The notes beneath the pieces were generated by a model. It worked only from the letters and a program-made list of their open reading frames with translations. It had not been told where the DNA came from and searched no databases. From Patescibacteria group bacterium (GTDB lineage: Bacteria; Patescibacteriota; Patescibacteriia; 2-12-FULL-57-11): 64,000 nt of DNA. The translations under genes were made by a program, and so were the position numbers. Shown in pieces: positions 46,347 to 55,177 of this stretch (position 1 is the stretch's first letter; the number at the start of each line of letters is the position of its first letter). The DNA lies in the NCBI GenBank assembly GCA_004297205.1, contig SCUL01000002.1, forward strand, positions 316,594 through 380,593, in the 5' to 3' direction.

Positions 46347-47793
46347 CTTCCTTTCTTGAGGATTCTTCGGAAACGCTATCACGCGGGGCCGGGGCGGTCA
46401 ACGGCGCGAGCGGCGCGGTCACCAGTTTCTTGGCGATTTCGCCGGTCACCTTGTTGGCATCCACCATTTCCTGGATGCCGGCCTCCATGTCCCGGATGAT
46501 GATGGTGCCGTCCAAGACCTCCTTCTGGCCGATCAGGAGGGTGTACTTGACCCCCATCCGATTGGCCACTTCCATCTGCGCCTTGAGCGCGTCCTTGGAG
46601 AACGCCACGGCGGCCGGAATGCCCGCCCGGCGCAGATCGTCGAAAATCTTGAAGGCCTTGCGCTTGGCCGGCTCCCCGAGCTGGGCCAGGAAGACGACCG
46701 GTTTGGACTCGTCGAGCGGGATGATCTGGCGCTCCTTCATCTCCAGGATGGTGCGCTCCAGCCCGATGGCAAAACCCGCGCCCGGGGTGGGACGCCCGCC
46801 CAAGAGCTCGATCAGACCGTCATAGCGCCCGCCGGCGGCCGCGGCGCTCTTTGACCCGCCCTCGCGGGCCGGGAAGACCGCCTCAAAGACCGTATGAGAG
46901 TAGTAGTCCAGTCCGCGGACCAGATACGGGTTCAGTTCGAACGGCACTTCCGCGTCCTCCAGATATTCGAGGACCTTCATGAAGTGGTTCTTGCTGTCCT
47001 CGGACAACACGTCGACGATCTGCGGCGCCCCCTGCTTCAGGGGTTCGCAGCCCGGTTCCTTGCAGTCCAGAACGCGCAGCGGGTTCTTGCTCAGGCGCAC
47101 TTTGCAGTTTTCGCACAACACGTTGCGGTGCTGGCGGTAGTAGGCCACGAGCTTCTCGCGGTACTGCTCGCGGTCGGCGGCCGTGCCGATGGAGTTCACT
47201 TCGACCTTCACCTGCAGGCCGAGGTCGAGGAAGAAACGATGGACGCAGATGATGAGCTCGGCGTCGACGACCGGTTTCTGTTCGCCGATCGTTTCGAATC
47301 CGAACTGGTGGAACTGGCGGTAGCGACCGGCCTGCGGCCGCTCGTGGCGGAACATCGGGCCGTGATAGAACAGCTTCACCGGCTGCGGCATGTTGAGCAT
47401 GCCGTGGTTGATGTAGGCGCGGGCGATGGCCGCCGTGGCTTCCGGACGCAGGGCCAACTCGTCGCCGCCCTGGTCGACGAAGGTGAACATCTCCTTCTCC
47501 ACGATGTCGGTCTGCTTGCCGACGCCGCGCACGAAGAGCGCCGTCTCCTCGACGATCGGGGTTTCGATCCATTCAAAGCCGTAGGCCGCGGCCAGCCGTT
47601 CGCCGGCGGTGCGCACGGCGCGCCAGTATTTTGCCTCGGACGGTAAAATGTCTTTCATGCCGCGCGGCGTCTGCGGGGTCGCCACGGTGCGTTTTTTGAC
47701 CGGCGCGGCGGCCGCAGCGGCAGGGGCCGTCGCGGCTTTGACGGCTTTGACGGGCTTCGATGCCGGTTTCTTCATGGGTTTCTTGCCGCTCAT
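46330..47793 (-). CDS. hisS: Histidyl-tRNA synthetase (with a Lys/Ala-rich N-terminal extension, or a later start at MKDILP).
   Basis: RGMKDILP..., class II aaRS motifs, C-terminal anticodon-binding domain. Confidence 0.85.
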   Translation of the reverse strand: MSGKKPMKKPASKPVKAVKAATAPAAAAAAPVKKRTVATPQTPRGMKDILPSEAKYWRAVRTAGERLAAAYGFEWIETPIVEETALFVRGVGKQTDIVEKEMFTFVDQGGDELALRPEATAAIARAYINHGMLNMPQPVKLFYHGPMFRHERPQAGRYRQFHQFGFETIGEQKPVVDAELIICVHRFFLDLGLQVKVEVNSIGTAADREQYREKLVAYYRQHRNVLCENCKVRLSKNPLRVLDCKEPGCEPLKQGAPQIVDVLSEDSKNHFMKVLEYLEDAEVPFELNPYLVRGLDYYSHTVFEAVFPAREGGSKSAAAAGGRYDGLIELLGGRPTPGAGFAIGLERTILEMKERQIIPLDESKPVVFLAQLGEPAKRKAFKIFDDLRRAGIPAAVAFSKDALKAQMEVANRMGVKYTLLIGQKEVLDGTIIIRDMEAGIQEMVDANKVTGEIAKKLVTAPLAPLTAPAPRDSVSEESSRKEGDSSG

Positions 47794-47801
47794 AGCGGGA
47801 A

Positions 47802-48395
47802 CTATTCGGAGTAAGACGGCGTCTCAAAACTGGTGATCTTGTCGATGGGGAGCCCGCGCAGCCAGACACGGCCGGTGATCTGGTTCTTGTGTACCGGACC
47901 GAAGCTGCGCGAGTCGAGCGAGGACGGACGGTTGTCGCCCATCACGAAATATTCTTCGGCGCCGAGCGTGACGCGCTTGTCGCCCGGGGTGGGCACGGTG
48001 CCGAGGTAGGCGTACTCATCCAGGAGCTGCGGTTCGCTGTCACCGGCCATCTGCACGAACACCTGCCCGCCTTTGACGACGACCGTCTCCCCCGGCAGGC
48101 CGATGACGCGCTTGATGAAGAACTGCCGCGGGTCGTTGGGGTAGCGGAAAACGACGATCTCGCCGCGCTCCGGTTCCCGCAGGCGGTAGGAGAGCTCGTC
48201 GATGATCAGGTACTCGTGGTCGTAGAAGTTCGGCTCCATCGAGGCCCCGCGCACCGAGAACGGCTGGATCAAGAAGTAGCGAACCAAAAAGACGATCGCC
48301 CCGGCAATGATGACCACGCGGGCGATCTCAGCGACGTACCCGAAGAAAACGGCCGCTCCGGTCTTCGCGACCGGAAGCTGCGGAGTGTCGGACAT
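47802..48395 (-). CDS. lepB: Signal peptidase I.
   Basis: GASMEPNF (Ser box), KRVIGLPGE (Lys box), GDNRPSSLDSR. Confidence 0.85.
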   Translation of the reverse strand: MSDTPQLPVAKTGAAVFFGYVAEIARVVIIAGAIVFLVRYFLIQPFSVRGASMEPNFYDHEYLIIDELSYRLREPERGEIVVFRYPNDPRQFFIKRVIGLPGETVVVKGGQVFVQMAGDSEPQLLDEYAYLGTVPTPGDKRVTLGAEEYFVMGDNRPSSLDSRSFGPVHKNQITGRVWLRGLPIDKITSFETPSYSE

Positions 48396-48426
48396 GGGCC
48401 TATATTGCTCTAAAAAATGAGCTTTG

Positions 48427-49426
48427 TCAAACGCCCCTCTCGATCACCTTTTTCGAGAGATTCCAGGCATTGGCGTGCTGGAGCATCCCCAGATACGACT
48501 CCGTCCGGGCATAACTACCCGGATCCACAGTCCGCAGTTTCTTGAACATCCTCCGCCGTGTTTTTGTTCGCAAGACACGGTGATGCGGCAACGTGACATA
48601 CCCGAGAAAGTCGATGCCTTGCCCAAGCTTCCGCAGGATGACTTTTCGCGGATGGAGTTCCAATCGGAGCTGATTCCGAAGAAAAGCGCGCATCGGCGGC
48701 AGAAGTGAAACAAGCTCCACCGGATCGTCATGCAGCAGGATGAAATCGTCGGTGTAGCGGAGATAGCGCTTCACGCCCAGCCGTTCTTTCACGAAATGGT
48801 CGAAGGAATCGAGATAGACGTTCGCAAAAAGTTGCGATGTGAGATTGCCGATCGGGACGCCAATTAGCTCTCTCTCTCTCTCCGTTATTATCAACAGGAG
48901 GATAGCTTTCGATGGTCCGACGCAGGAGCTCCAACGTTTGCGGATCGCTGACCCGACGACCGAGCAGTCGGAGCAGCACGTCGTGGGAGATGCTGTCGAA
49001 ATACTTGCGAATGTCGCACTTGAGCGCCCAGCACGGACCGGTGAAGTTGCCGCTCACGCTGCGGGCGAACGTCTCGATCCTCCGAACGGCGGCGTGCGTC
49101 CCCTTTCCGATCCGGCAAGAGTAGGAATCGAAGATGAACGACTGTTCGCACAGAGGCGCAACGACGCGGGAAACGGCATGGTGGACGACGCGGTCGCGGA
49201 CCGTCGCCTTATGGATAATGCGATGTTTTGGGTCGAAGATGTGGAACTTCTTGTACGGACCGTGACGATATCGGGCGGACGCAAGATCTTCGGCGAGTGC
49301 AAAAAGATTGTCCTCAAGATGACGTTCGAACCGCTGCACGTCCGGCTTGGCGCGCTTGCCGCGCCGAAACTCGCGCCAGGCGCAAAAAAGATTTTCCGGA
49401 GAAACGATCTGTTCGAATATGCTCAT
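48427..49426 (-). pseudogene. DGR reverse transcriptase, split into two overlapping frames (49426-48728 and 48894-48427) by a frameshift at a (GA)7.5 tract.
   Basis: RT motifs 1-3 in the upstream frame. IGVPIGNLTSQLFANVYLD (the DGR-type IGxxxSQ motif), YLRYTDDFILL (YxDD) and a FLGY thumb in the downstream frame. The frames are offset by 1 nt across ctctctctctctctc (48868-48882). Confidence 0.75.
48868..48882. repeat. Dinucleotide repeat (CT)7.5 (minus-strand (GA)n, coding ERERE), at the RT frameshift.
   Basis: Read directly. Adding one GA unit would restore a single RT reading frame. Confidence 0.7.
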
Positions 49427-49760
49427 ACATGAATCCTCCGTCTTCCAGGCGACTTACGACGTGCTCAAGGACCTGCACGTCGCGCGGCGGTCGTTCGCCA
49501 AGTCGGAAAAGTACGCGCTGGGTGAACGAATGGAGGAGACGCTGCTGAACGTTCTGCTCGGCATCATCGACGCGGGACAGGCCAAACAGGAGTGGAAACT
49601 GACGGGCATCGACGCAGCGCTTCGGGAGTTGGAAAAAACGAAGATACTCCTTCGCCTGGCCAGCGACCTCGGACAGATCCAGGAACGACGGCTGATTTCG
49701 TATCAAGAATCGCTCCAGAAAATCGGACGGATGCTCGGCGGCTGGCGCAGGGCGATATAG
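49419..49760 (+). CDS. avd: Avd-like accessory variability determinant (four-helix-bundle, 23S rRNA IVS protein family).
   Basis: 113 aa. FAKSEKYALGERMEETLLNVLLGIIDAG ... IGRMLGGWRRAI resembles Bordetella-phage bAvd (..VGRILGSWIARV). Transcribed divergently from the RT, with overlapping start codons. Confidence 0.6.
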   Translation: MLIHESSVFQATYDVLKDLHVARRSFAKSEKYALGERMEETLLNVLLGIIDAGQAKQEWKLTGIDAALRELEKTKILLRLASDLGQIQERRLISYQESLQKIGRMLGGWRRAI

Positions 49761-49798
49761 CAACGCTCCGATTGCGCGGAGCATTGCAGGCGAGACAG

Positions 49799-49920
49799 TC
49801 CCGCGGAACCGGACCCGTAGTTGTCGTTCGGCTTGTCGTCCCAGTTCCAGTTGAGCTTCGGCCTCCTGTTCCAGTTGCCGAGGTTGGTCACGTTCCGGGC
49901 GTCGTCGGCGTGGACGGAGC
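49799..49920 (-). repeat. DGR template repeat (TR), 122 bp.
   Basis: Matches 50239-50360 at 101 of 122 positions. All 21 mismatches are T on the plus strand (A on the minus strand) in this copy versus C/A/G in the other. In the VR frame it encodes many AAC (Asn) codons. Confidence 0.85.
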
Positions 49921-50138
49921 GAAATATTGCCGGACCCCATCCGATGCACTGCGCCTTCCGTTCATGCGGTCGGCGCTGTATTTCATGCCGGGGCATGTCC
50001 CCGTCAGGATCCGGCAAGGAGTGTCTCGTTGGAATCGCACGCTTCCGCCGCGATGCGACGGAACTCTGGCGATGACTCTTTCGAGGATTTCGGGGACGGC
50101 AAGAAATACTCCGACCGTACATGACCCTACTCTCCACG

Positions 50139-50178
50139 GTAGTATAAAAAACGCGCCGGAATGTTTCCATTCCGGCGC
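50139..50178 (-). terminator. Hairpin (11-bp perfect stem gcgccggaatg / cattccggcgc) plus T-run, downstream of the DGR target stop and between the VR and TR.
   Basis: Read directly. On the minus strand it is followed by gttttttatac. Confidence 0.6.
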
Positions 50179-50211
50179 CGGCCGAAGCCGAGGGCTGATC
50201 GCCGAGAAGCG

Positions 50212-50982
50212 TCAAGACCCGAGGGTCGAGCGCTCCACTCCCGCGGAACCGGACCCGCAGTAGTCGTACGGCTTGCCGACCCAGCGCCAGAGGAGCTCCG
50301 GCCCCCCGTGCCAGACGCCGAGGCCGGCCACGCTCCGGGCGCCGCCGGCGTGGACGGAGCCGACCAGGTCAACGTAGTGACCGCTGATGACCTTCGGGAC
50401 GTGGACGTAGAGGGCGACGCCCTCGATCGCGGTCAGCCCACGCTCGTCCTCGGGGAAGGCATCGCGGCAGGCAAACGGCGCCTTGCCGCGGTTGCGGCGA
50501 CCATCCTGGCAGTTCAGCCAGTAGACCGCCGGACGCGTCGGGATCGACTCGTGATCCACAAAGGTCGCGTCCGAGCCATCGAACTTCAGCCCCGCGAGCG
50601 CGCAGCACTTCGTGAGCGGCAGGCGCTGGTCGACCAGGATCACCCGGTCGAAGCGCTCCTTCCAGGCCTCGGGCCAGACCGGGAGCTCCGGGATGGTCGC
50701 GAGGTAGGCCTCGAACGAGTCGATGCCAAGCTCACGTCCCCAGCCCTTGTCCCAGAACGCCTTGGCCCGCGTCGCACGCAGGTCGGTGGGGTCGATCACG
50801 ACCTCCGACACATCCGGCGCGGGCGCATCGCGGTAGGGGCCGCCGCCCGAGGGCAGCCGCATCCGGACCACGCTCGGGTCCTTGAGGAACGCGGCGAGAT
50901 CCTTGGCGAACTGCTTGGGATCATCGCCCCGCTGAAGCCGGACCGTGACTTCCTCGATCAGAGACACCTGCTTGCTGCTCAT
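50212..50982 (-). CDS. DGR target (variable) protein, about 256 aa, with a C-terminal CLec/FGE-like variable region. No signal peptide.
   Basis: Start MSSKQV, preceded by GGAGGG. C-terminus ...GSVHAGGARSVAGLGVWHGGPELLWRWVGKPYDYCGSGSAG is encoded by the VR. Confidence 0.75.
   Translation of the reverse strand: MSSKQVSLIEEVTVRLQRGDDPKQFAKDLAAFLKDPSVVRMRLPSGGGPYRDAPAPDVSEVVIDPTDLRATRAKAFWDKGWGRELGIDSFEAYLATIPELPVWPEAWKERFDRVILVDQRLPLTKCCALAGLKFDGSDATFVDHESIPTRPAVYWLNCQDGRRNRGKAPFACRDAFPEDERGLTAIEGVALYVHVPKVISGHYVDLVGSVHAGGARSVAGLGVWHGGPELLWRWVGKPYDYCGSGSAGVERSTLGS
50239..50360 (-). repeat. DGR variable repeat (VR) at the 3' end of the target gene.
   Basis: The counterpart of the TR. Ends 27 nt before the target stop codon. 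Changes are N->S/G/V/H/L/R/Y, D->G/V, T->A, R->G, K->E, Y->C relative to the TR translation. Confidence 0.85.
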
Positions 50983-51137
50983 GACACCCTCCGAATGGAT
51001 CAGGCATCGGACAGTCCCGATTGGACCGTACCGAAAGCTGTTTTTCCCGTTCAAAGGCCATTCCCGTCACCGGACGGGCACGCTGCGTTCGGTCCATACC
51101 AAACGACCCGGCATACTAGCCGGATTCCCAAGAAAGG

Positions 51138-51542
51138 TCAAGTCAGCCCGGTCTTCTGTTCCAGACGCTCGAAACGGGCATTGGCGAAGACCCGCTCCTG
51201 ATCCAACCGCAGCAGAATGACCATCACCTGGTCGTGGTGGCTGAGCATCTCTTGACGCAAAAGCTTCACTTCGTCTTTCGTGGCCAATGTTTCAATCTTT
51301 TTGTTGTGCTCGAGAACGAGGTTCAACAAACCATCGAAACGCTTAGCGTTTTCATCAAACCGCCGGTCGATGCTGTCAAACTTAAGGTCGTGCGCATCAA
51401 AGCGCCGATCATGTTCCTCGAGTTTTTTCCCGATGCGGGCAAACTCAAGGTCGTGCGATTCCAGTTTTTTGAGGATGCGGCCCCCCTGGTCCATATCGAC
51501 CACATCGTACCAACCCATCCCGGGAAACCCAACGCGCGACAC
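51138..51542 (-). CDS. Hypothetical coiled-coil protein with repeated HD..F / RFD motifs (134 aa), upstream of the DGR target.
   Basis: ESHDLEFARIGKKLEEHDRRFDAHDLKFDSIDRRFDENAKRFDGL has an 11-residue periodicity. Confidence 0.4.
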   Translation of the reverse strand: MSRVGFPGMGWYDVVDMDQGGRILKKLESHDLEFARIGKKLEEHDRRFDAHDLKFDSIDRRFDENAKRFDGLLNLVLEHNKKIETLATKDEVKLLRQEMLSHHDQVMVILLRLDQERVFANARFERLEQKTGLT

Positions 51543-51583
51543 TTGTCAAGACCCCTTCCTCGTGCTACATTTTCCGCGGTTTC

Positions 51584-51660
51584 GGACGTTTAGCTCAGCT
51601 GGTTAGAGCGCACCGTTCACATCGGTGAGGTCGCTGGTTCGATCCCAGCAACGTCCACCA
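51584..51660 (+). tRNA. tRNA-Val (anticodon CAC), CCA encoded.
   Basis: Acceptor GGACGTT / AACGTCC. Anticodon arm CACCG-TTCACAT-CGGTG. T-arm GCTGG-TTCGATC-CCAGC. Confidence 0.85.
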
Positions 51661-51759
51661 GCGCAAGCCGCCGAGGAGACTCGGCGGTTTACGCTTCATG
51701 GACGCCCGCGCCGCAAAGACATCGATGGGAGAATTCGATATACTGCAGTGGATTCACGT

Positions 51760-53223
51760 ATGGACGCAGCGCCGAAAGTGAACCTCCTCGAACCGTTCGT
51801 CACCGACCCGCGCCGCGCCGGCCGCCGGCGGCTCTTGCGCAACGTCTTCATCGCCTTCTTCGTCTCCGCCGCGCTCACCCTGACCGCGGCCTCGGGCGTC
51901 GGCGCGCCGACCGAGACGATGGCCGAGTTCGACCTGCCCGGCCCGCTCCAGCTGCTCTCGCGCGTCGGCCGGCTCGTAGCCAGCGCCGAGCGGCCGCTCC
52001 AGGGAGAACAGGATGACCGCGTCAACATCCTCTTGCTCGGCATGGGCGGCTGGGGACACGACGGTCCGCTCCTGACCGACACCATGATCGTGCTTTCGGT
52101 GAAGCCCTCGACCGGCCAGGCGGCGTTGATCTCCGTGCCGCGCGACCTGCTCGTGGAAATCCCCGGGTACGGCTGGCGCAAGGTCAACCACGCCCACGCC
52201 CTGCCTGAAAACGAAAAGGCCGGCACGGGATCGGCCGTGGCCGCCGAGACGATCGGGAAGACCTTGGGCATGAAGATCGCCTATTACGTCCGCGTCGACT
52301 TCCGCGGCTTCGTGAAGCTGATCGACCAGCTGGGCGGACTGACCGTGACCGTCGACCGTTCCTTCACGGACGCCCAATACCCCGCGGGCAATGACGAAGT
52401 GCAGACCGTGTCCTTCGCCAAAGGCACGCAGAAGATGAACGGTGAAACGGCGCTGATCTACGCCCGCAGCCGCCACGGCGGCAACGGCGAGGGTTCAGAC
52501 TTCGCCCGCAGCGCCCGGCAGCAAAAGATCCTGCTGGCGCTCAAGGATCAGGTGCTGTCCGCCGACACCCTGTCCAACCCCAAAAAAGTCGCCGCCATCT
52601 TCGACGTCGCGCGCAGCTACGTGCAGACCAACGTCCAGGCCTGGGAACTGCTGCGGTTGGCCGACGTGGCCCAAAAGGTGAACCCCGGCGAGCTGACCCA
52701 CCTGGTCATCGACGACCGGGCGGGCGGACTCCTCGTCCCGGCCAACGTCGAAGGCTCCTACGTCCTCGTCCCGCGCGGCAACGACTACAAAATCCTGGCC
52801 GCCGCCGTCAACGACATCTTCGCCGCGCAGGATGCGGCCGGCGACGCCGCGCCCAAAACCAACGGCCTGGCCGTGGCCGAGCCGATCCGGATCGACCTGC
52901 AGAACGGCACCAAGGTCGCAGGGCTGGCCGCCCGGGCATCCAACCTGCTCGTGGAGCGCGGCTATGCCGTGGCCGCGGTCGGCAACGCCGCCAAACAGAA
53001 TTACGAACGCACCGTCATCTACGACCTGTCCGGCGGCCGCTACCCTGAAGCGCTCACCGCCCTCAAACAAAGCCTCAACGCCGAAGTCTCGGTCACGCTC
53101 CCCGGCTGGATCGCCTCCGCGGACGTCCCCTCCGGCATCACGCTCTCCGCGCCCGCCACGCACGGCACGAACGTCGACTTTCTCATCATTCTCGGCACCA
53201 GCTCTGTCGCAACCCTCCCTTAA
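51760..53223 (+). CDS. LytR-CpsA-Psr (LCP) family cell-envelope phosphotransferase.
   Basis: N-terminal TM. NILLLGMGGWGHDGPLLTDTMIVLSVKPSTGQAALISVPRDL is the LCP core. The ORF-track N-terminus overlaps tRNA-Val and is rejected. Confidence 0.75.
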   Translation: MDAAPKVNLLEPFVTDPRRAGRRRLLRNVFIAFFVSAALTLTAASGVGAPTETMAEFDLPGPLQLLSRVGRLVASAERPLQGEQDDRVNILLLGMGGWGHDGPLLTDTMIVLSVKPSTGQAALISVPRDLLVEIPGYGWRKVNHAHALPENEKAGTGSAVAAETIGKTLGMKIAYYVRVDFRGFVKLIDQLGGLTVTVDRSFTDAQYPAGNDEVQTVSFAKGTQKMNGETALIYARSRHGGNGEGSDFARSARQQKILLALKDQVLSADTLSNPKKVAAIFDVARSYVQTNVQAWELLRLADVAQKVNPGELTHLVIDDRAGGLLVPANVEGSYVLVPRGNDYKILAAAVNDIFAAQDAAGDAAPKTNGLAVAEPIRIDLQNGTKVAGLAARASNLLVERGYAVAAVGNAAKQNYERTVIYDLSGGRYPEALTALKQSLNAEVSVTLPGWIASADVPSGITLSAPATHGTNVDFLIILGTSSVATLP

Positions 53224-53260
53224 GAAAACCGGCCGCCGCCAACCCATCCGCCCGCCCGTC

Positions 53261-54583
53261 GTGGCGCTGGTCGGCCGCGCCAACGTCGGCAAATCGACCC
53301 TCTTCAACCGCATGATCGAAGAGGACCGCTCGATCGTCTCGCCGATCGCCGGCACGACGCGCGACCGCGCCTACGGCACCTGCCGCTGGGCCGGACGACT
53401 GCTCACCCTGGTCGACACCGGGGGCTTGGACGTACGCAGCGGCGGTGAAATGGAGCGCAACGTGGTCCGCCAGGCCGAGCGCGCCATGAAAGAGGCCGAC
53501 CTGATCGTCTTCGTGGTCGACGCCGAGACCGGCCCCTTGGCCGACGACCGGGCGCTTTCCAAAGAATTGTTCGCTTCCAAAAAACCGGTCATCCTCGTCG
53601 CCAACAAGGCGGACAACCCGCGCGACCGCCGCTTCCTGGCGCAGACGCGCTGGGGCACGCTCGCCCGCGGCAACCCGCTCCCAGTGTCCGGCACCAACGG
53701 CTCCGGTATCGGCGACCTCCTGGACAAGGCGCTCTTGGCGCTCGGCGAAAAGCCCGCCGAAACCTGGGCCGACCCGGTGAAGATCGCCATCGTCGGACGC
53801 CCCAACGTCGGCAAATCCACGCTCACGAACGCTTTGATCGGCGACGAGCGCATGATCGTCTCCCCCATCGCCGGGACGACGCGCGAACCGCAGGACACCA
53901 TGGTCGTCTACCGCGACCAACCGTTTTTGCTGATCGACACCGCCGGCATCCGCAAGCGGGCGCGTATCGAGCCGGGCATCGAAAAGCAGGGCGTGCGCAA
54001 ATCCCTGGCCGCCATCGAGCGGGCCGACGTGGTCTTCCTCGTGCTCGACCTGTCTGCCGGCGTCGGCGGACAGGACCATCACCTGGCCGGACTGATCGCC
54101 GAATCCGGCAAAGCCGTGGTCATCGTCGGCAACAAATGGGACCTGGTGACCGGAAAAACGGCCCAGCGCATCTTTGAGCTGGAAAAAGAGATCCGCGGGC
54201 ACGACCTGCGCGAATTGGACTACGCGCTCATCCGCATCATCTCGGCCGAGCGCAACGACAAGGTCGAGAACCTCTTCGACGACGCGGTCACGGCGCGCGA
54301 GCACTGGCGCCACCGCCTCCCGGAAAAGGCGCTCGACGGCTTCCTGCGCAAGATGATCGCCCATGAAAAGAAATTCGGCGGCGTGCGCCATCCCTACATC
54401 TATCGCATGGCCCAGCGCGGCGCGGAACCGCCGACGTTTACGCTAGCCATCAAAGCCAAGCGCAAGGAAAACATGGTGCCGGAGGCCTATCTGCGTTTCG
54501 TCGAGCGGCAGCTGCGCGAGAAATGGGATTTTTCCGGCACGCCGGTGCGTATCGTGGCCCGCGCCGTCGATTTGACTCCCTGA
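53261..54583 (+). CDS. der: Ribosome-associated GTPase Der (EngA), with tandem GTPase domains.
   Basis: VALVGRANVGKSTLFN ... IAIVGRPNVGKSTLTN plus a KH-like C-terminus. The start is inferred as GTG at 53261; there is no in-frame ATG before the first P-loop. Confidence 0.8.
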   Translation: MALVGRANVGKSTLFNRMIEEDRSIVSPIAGTTRDRAYGTCRWAGRLLTLVDTGGLDVRSGGEMERNVVRQAERAMKEADLIVFVVDAETGPLADDRALSKELFASKKPVILVANKADNPRDRRFLAQTRWGTLARGNPLPVSGTNGSGIGDLLDKALLALGEKPAETWADPVKIAIVGRPNVGKSTLTNALIGDERMIVSPIAGTTREPQDTMVVYRDQPFLLIDTAGIRKRARIEPGIEKQGVRKSLAAIERADVVFLVLDLSAGVGGQDHHLAGLIAESGKAVVIVGNKWDLVTGKTAQRIFELEKEIRGHDLRELDYALIRIISAERNDKVENLFDDAVTAREHWRHRLPEKALDGFLRKMIAHEKKFGGVRHPYIYRMAQRGAEPPTFTLAIKAKRKENMVPEAYLRFVERQLREKWDFSGTPVRIVARAVDLTP

Positions 54584-54585
54584 CC

Positions 54586-55170
54586 ATGCGTCTCGTCGCC
54601 GCACTCGGAAATCCGGGCAAGGAATTCACGGAGACCCGCCACAACGCCGGATGGCGTGCCCTTGACAGGTTCTGCACACTGTGGCCGGGGGGCGAGGTTT
54701 CCTGGACGATGGACAAGAAGAGGAAGGCCGCCGTGGCGCGCGTCAGCGACGACCGCGGCGACGTGCTCCTCGCCAAGCCCCAGACGTTCATGAACCTCTC
54801 GGGCGAGGCGGTCGGCGCCTTGGCTTCCTTCTATAAAATCTCCCCGCACGACGTCATCCTCGTCCACGACGACATCGACATCCTGCTCGGCACGGCGCGC
54901 CTGTCCGTGGATTCCGGTCCGGCCGGCCACCACGGCGTGGAGTCCGTGATCGCCCATCTCGGCACCAAAAAATTCCCGCGCATCCGCATCGGCATCAAGC
55001 CGCCGCCGGAGGTGCCGCTGGGCCCCGGCGCCGCATTCGTCGTCGGCCGTTTCCGGCAGGAAGAAGAAGCGCTGCTGGCGCCGGTCATCGATCGCGTCGC
55101 CAAAGCGCTCGTCCCGCTGCTCCTGGGCCGCATCGAGGAAACAAGGAAGACGCTCGCCGGGGAGGGATGA
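54586..55170 (+). CDS. pth: Peptidyl-tRNA hydrolase.
   Basis: MRLVAALGNPGKEFTETRHNAGW... is the Pth family. Confidence 0.85.
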   Translation: MRLVAALGNPGKEFTETRHNAGWRALDRFCTLWPGGEVSWTMDKKRKAAVARVSDDRGDVLLAKPQTFMNLSGEAVGALASFYKISPHDVILVHDDIDILLGTARLSVDSGPAGHHGVESVIAHLGTKKFPRIRIGIKPPPEVPLGPGAAFVVGRFRQEEEALLAPVIDRVAKALVPLLLGRIEETRKTLAGEG

Positions 55171-55177
55171 CCCTTCC

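Larger units (their letters stand above)
48427..50982 (-). mobile_element. Diversity-generating retroelement cassette (target/VR, hairpin, TR, avd, RT).
   Basis: Components as listed above. Local GC is lower than in the flanking housekeeping genes. tRNA-Val lies about 600 bp away. Confidence 0.8.

Noticed and set aside
49314-49949. 211-aa minus-strand ORF spanning the TR.
   Set aside because: It is antisense to the Avd gene, and the TR must be non-coding template. The plus-strand ORF shows clear Avd-family similarity.
51625-51759. N-terminal 45 codons of the ORF-track LCP gene.
   Set aside because: They overlap tRNA-Val (51584-51660). The start was moved to the ATG at 51760, just before the TM helix.
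52832-53260. N-terminal 143 codons of the 583-aa ORF containing der.
   Set aside because: This is out-of-frame translation of the LCP gene's 3' region (Pro/Ala/Thr-rich). The Der P-loop begins just after 53261.
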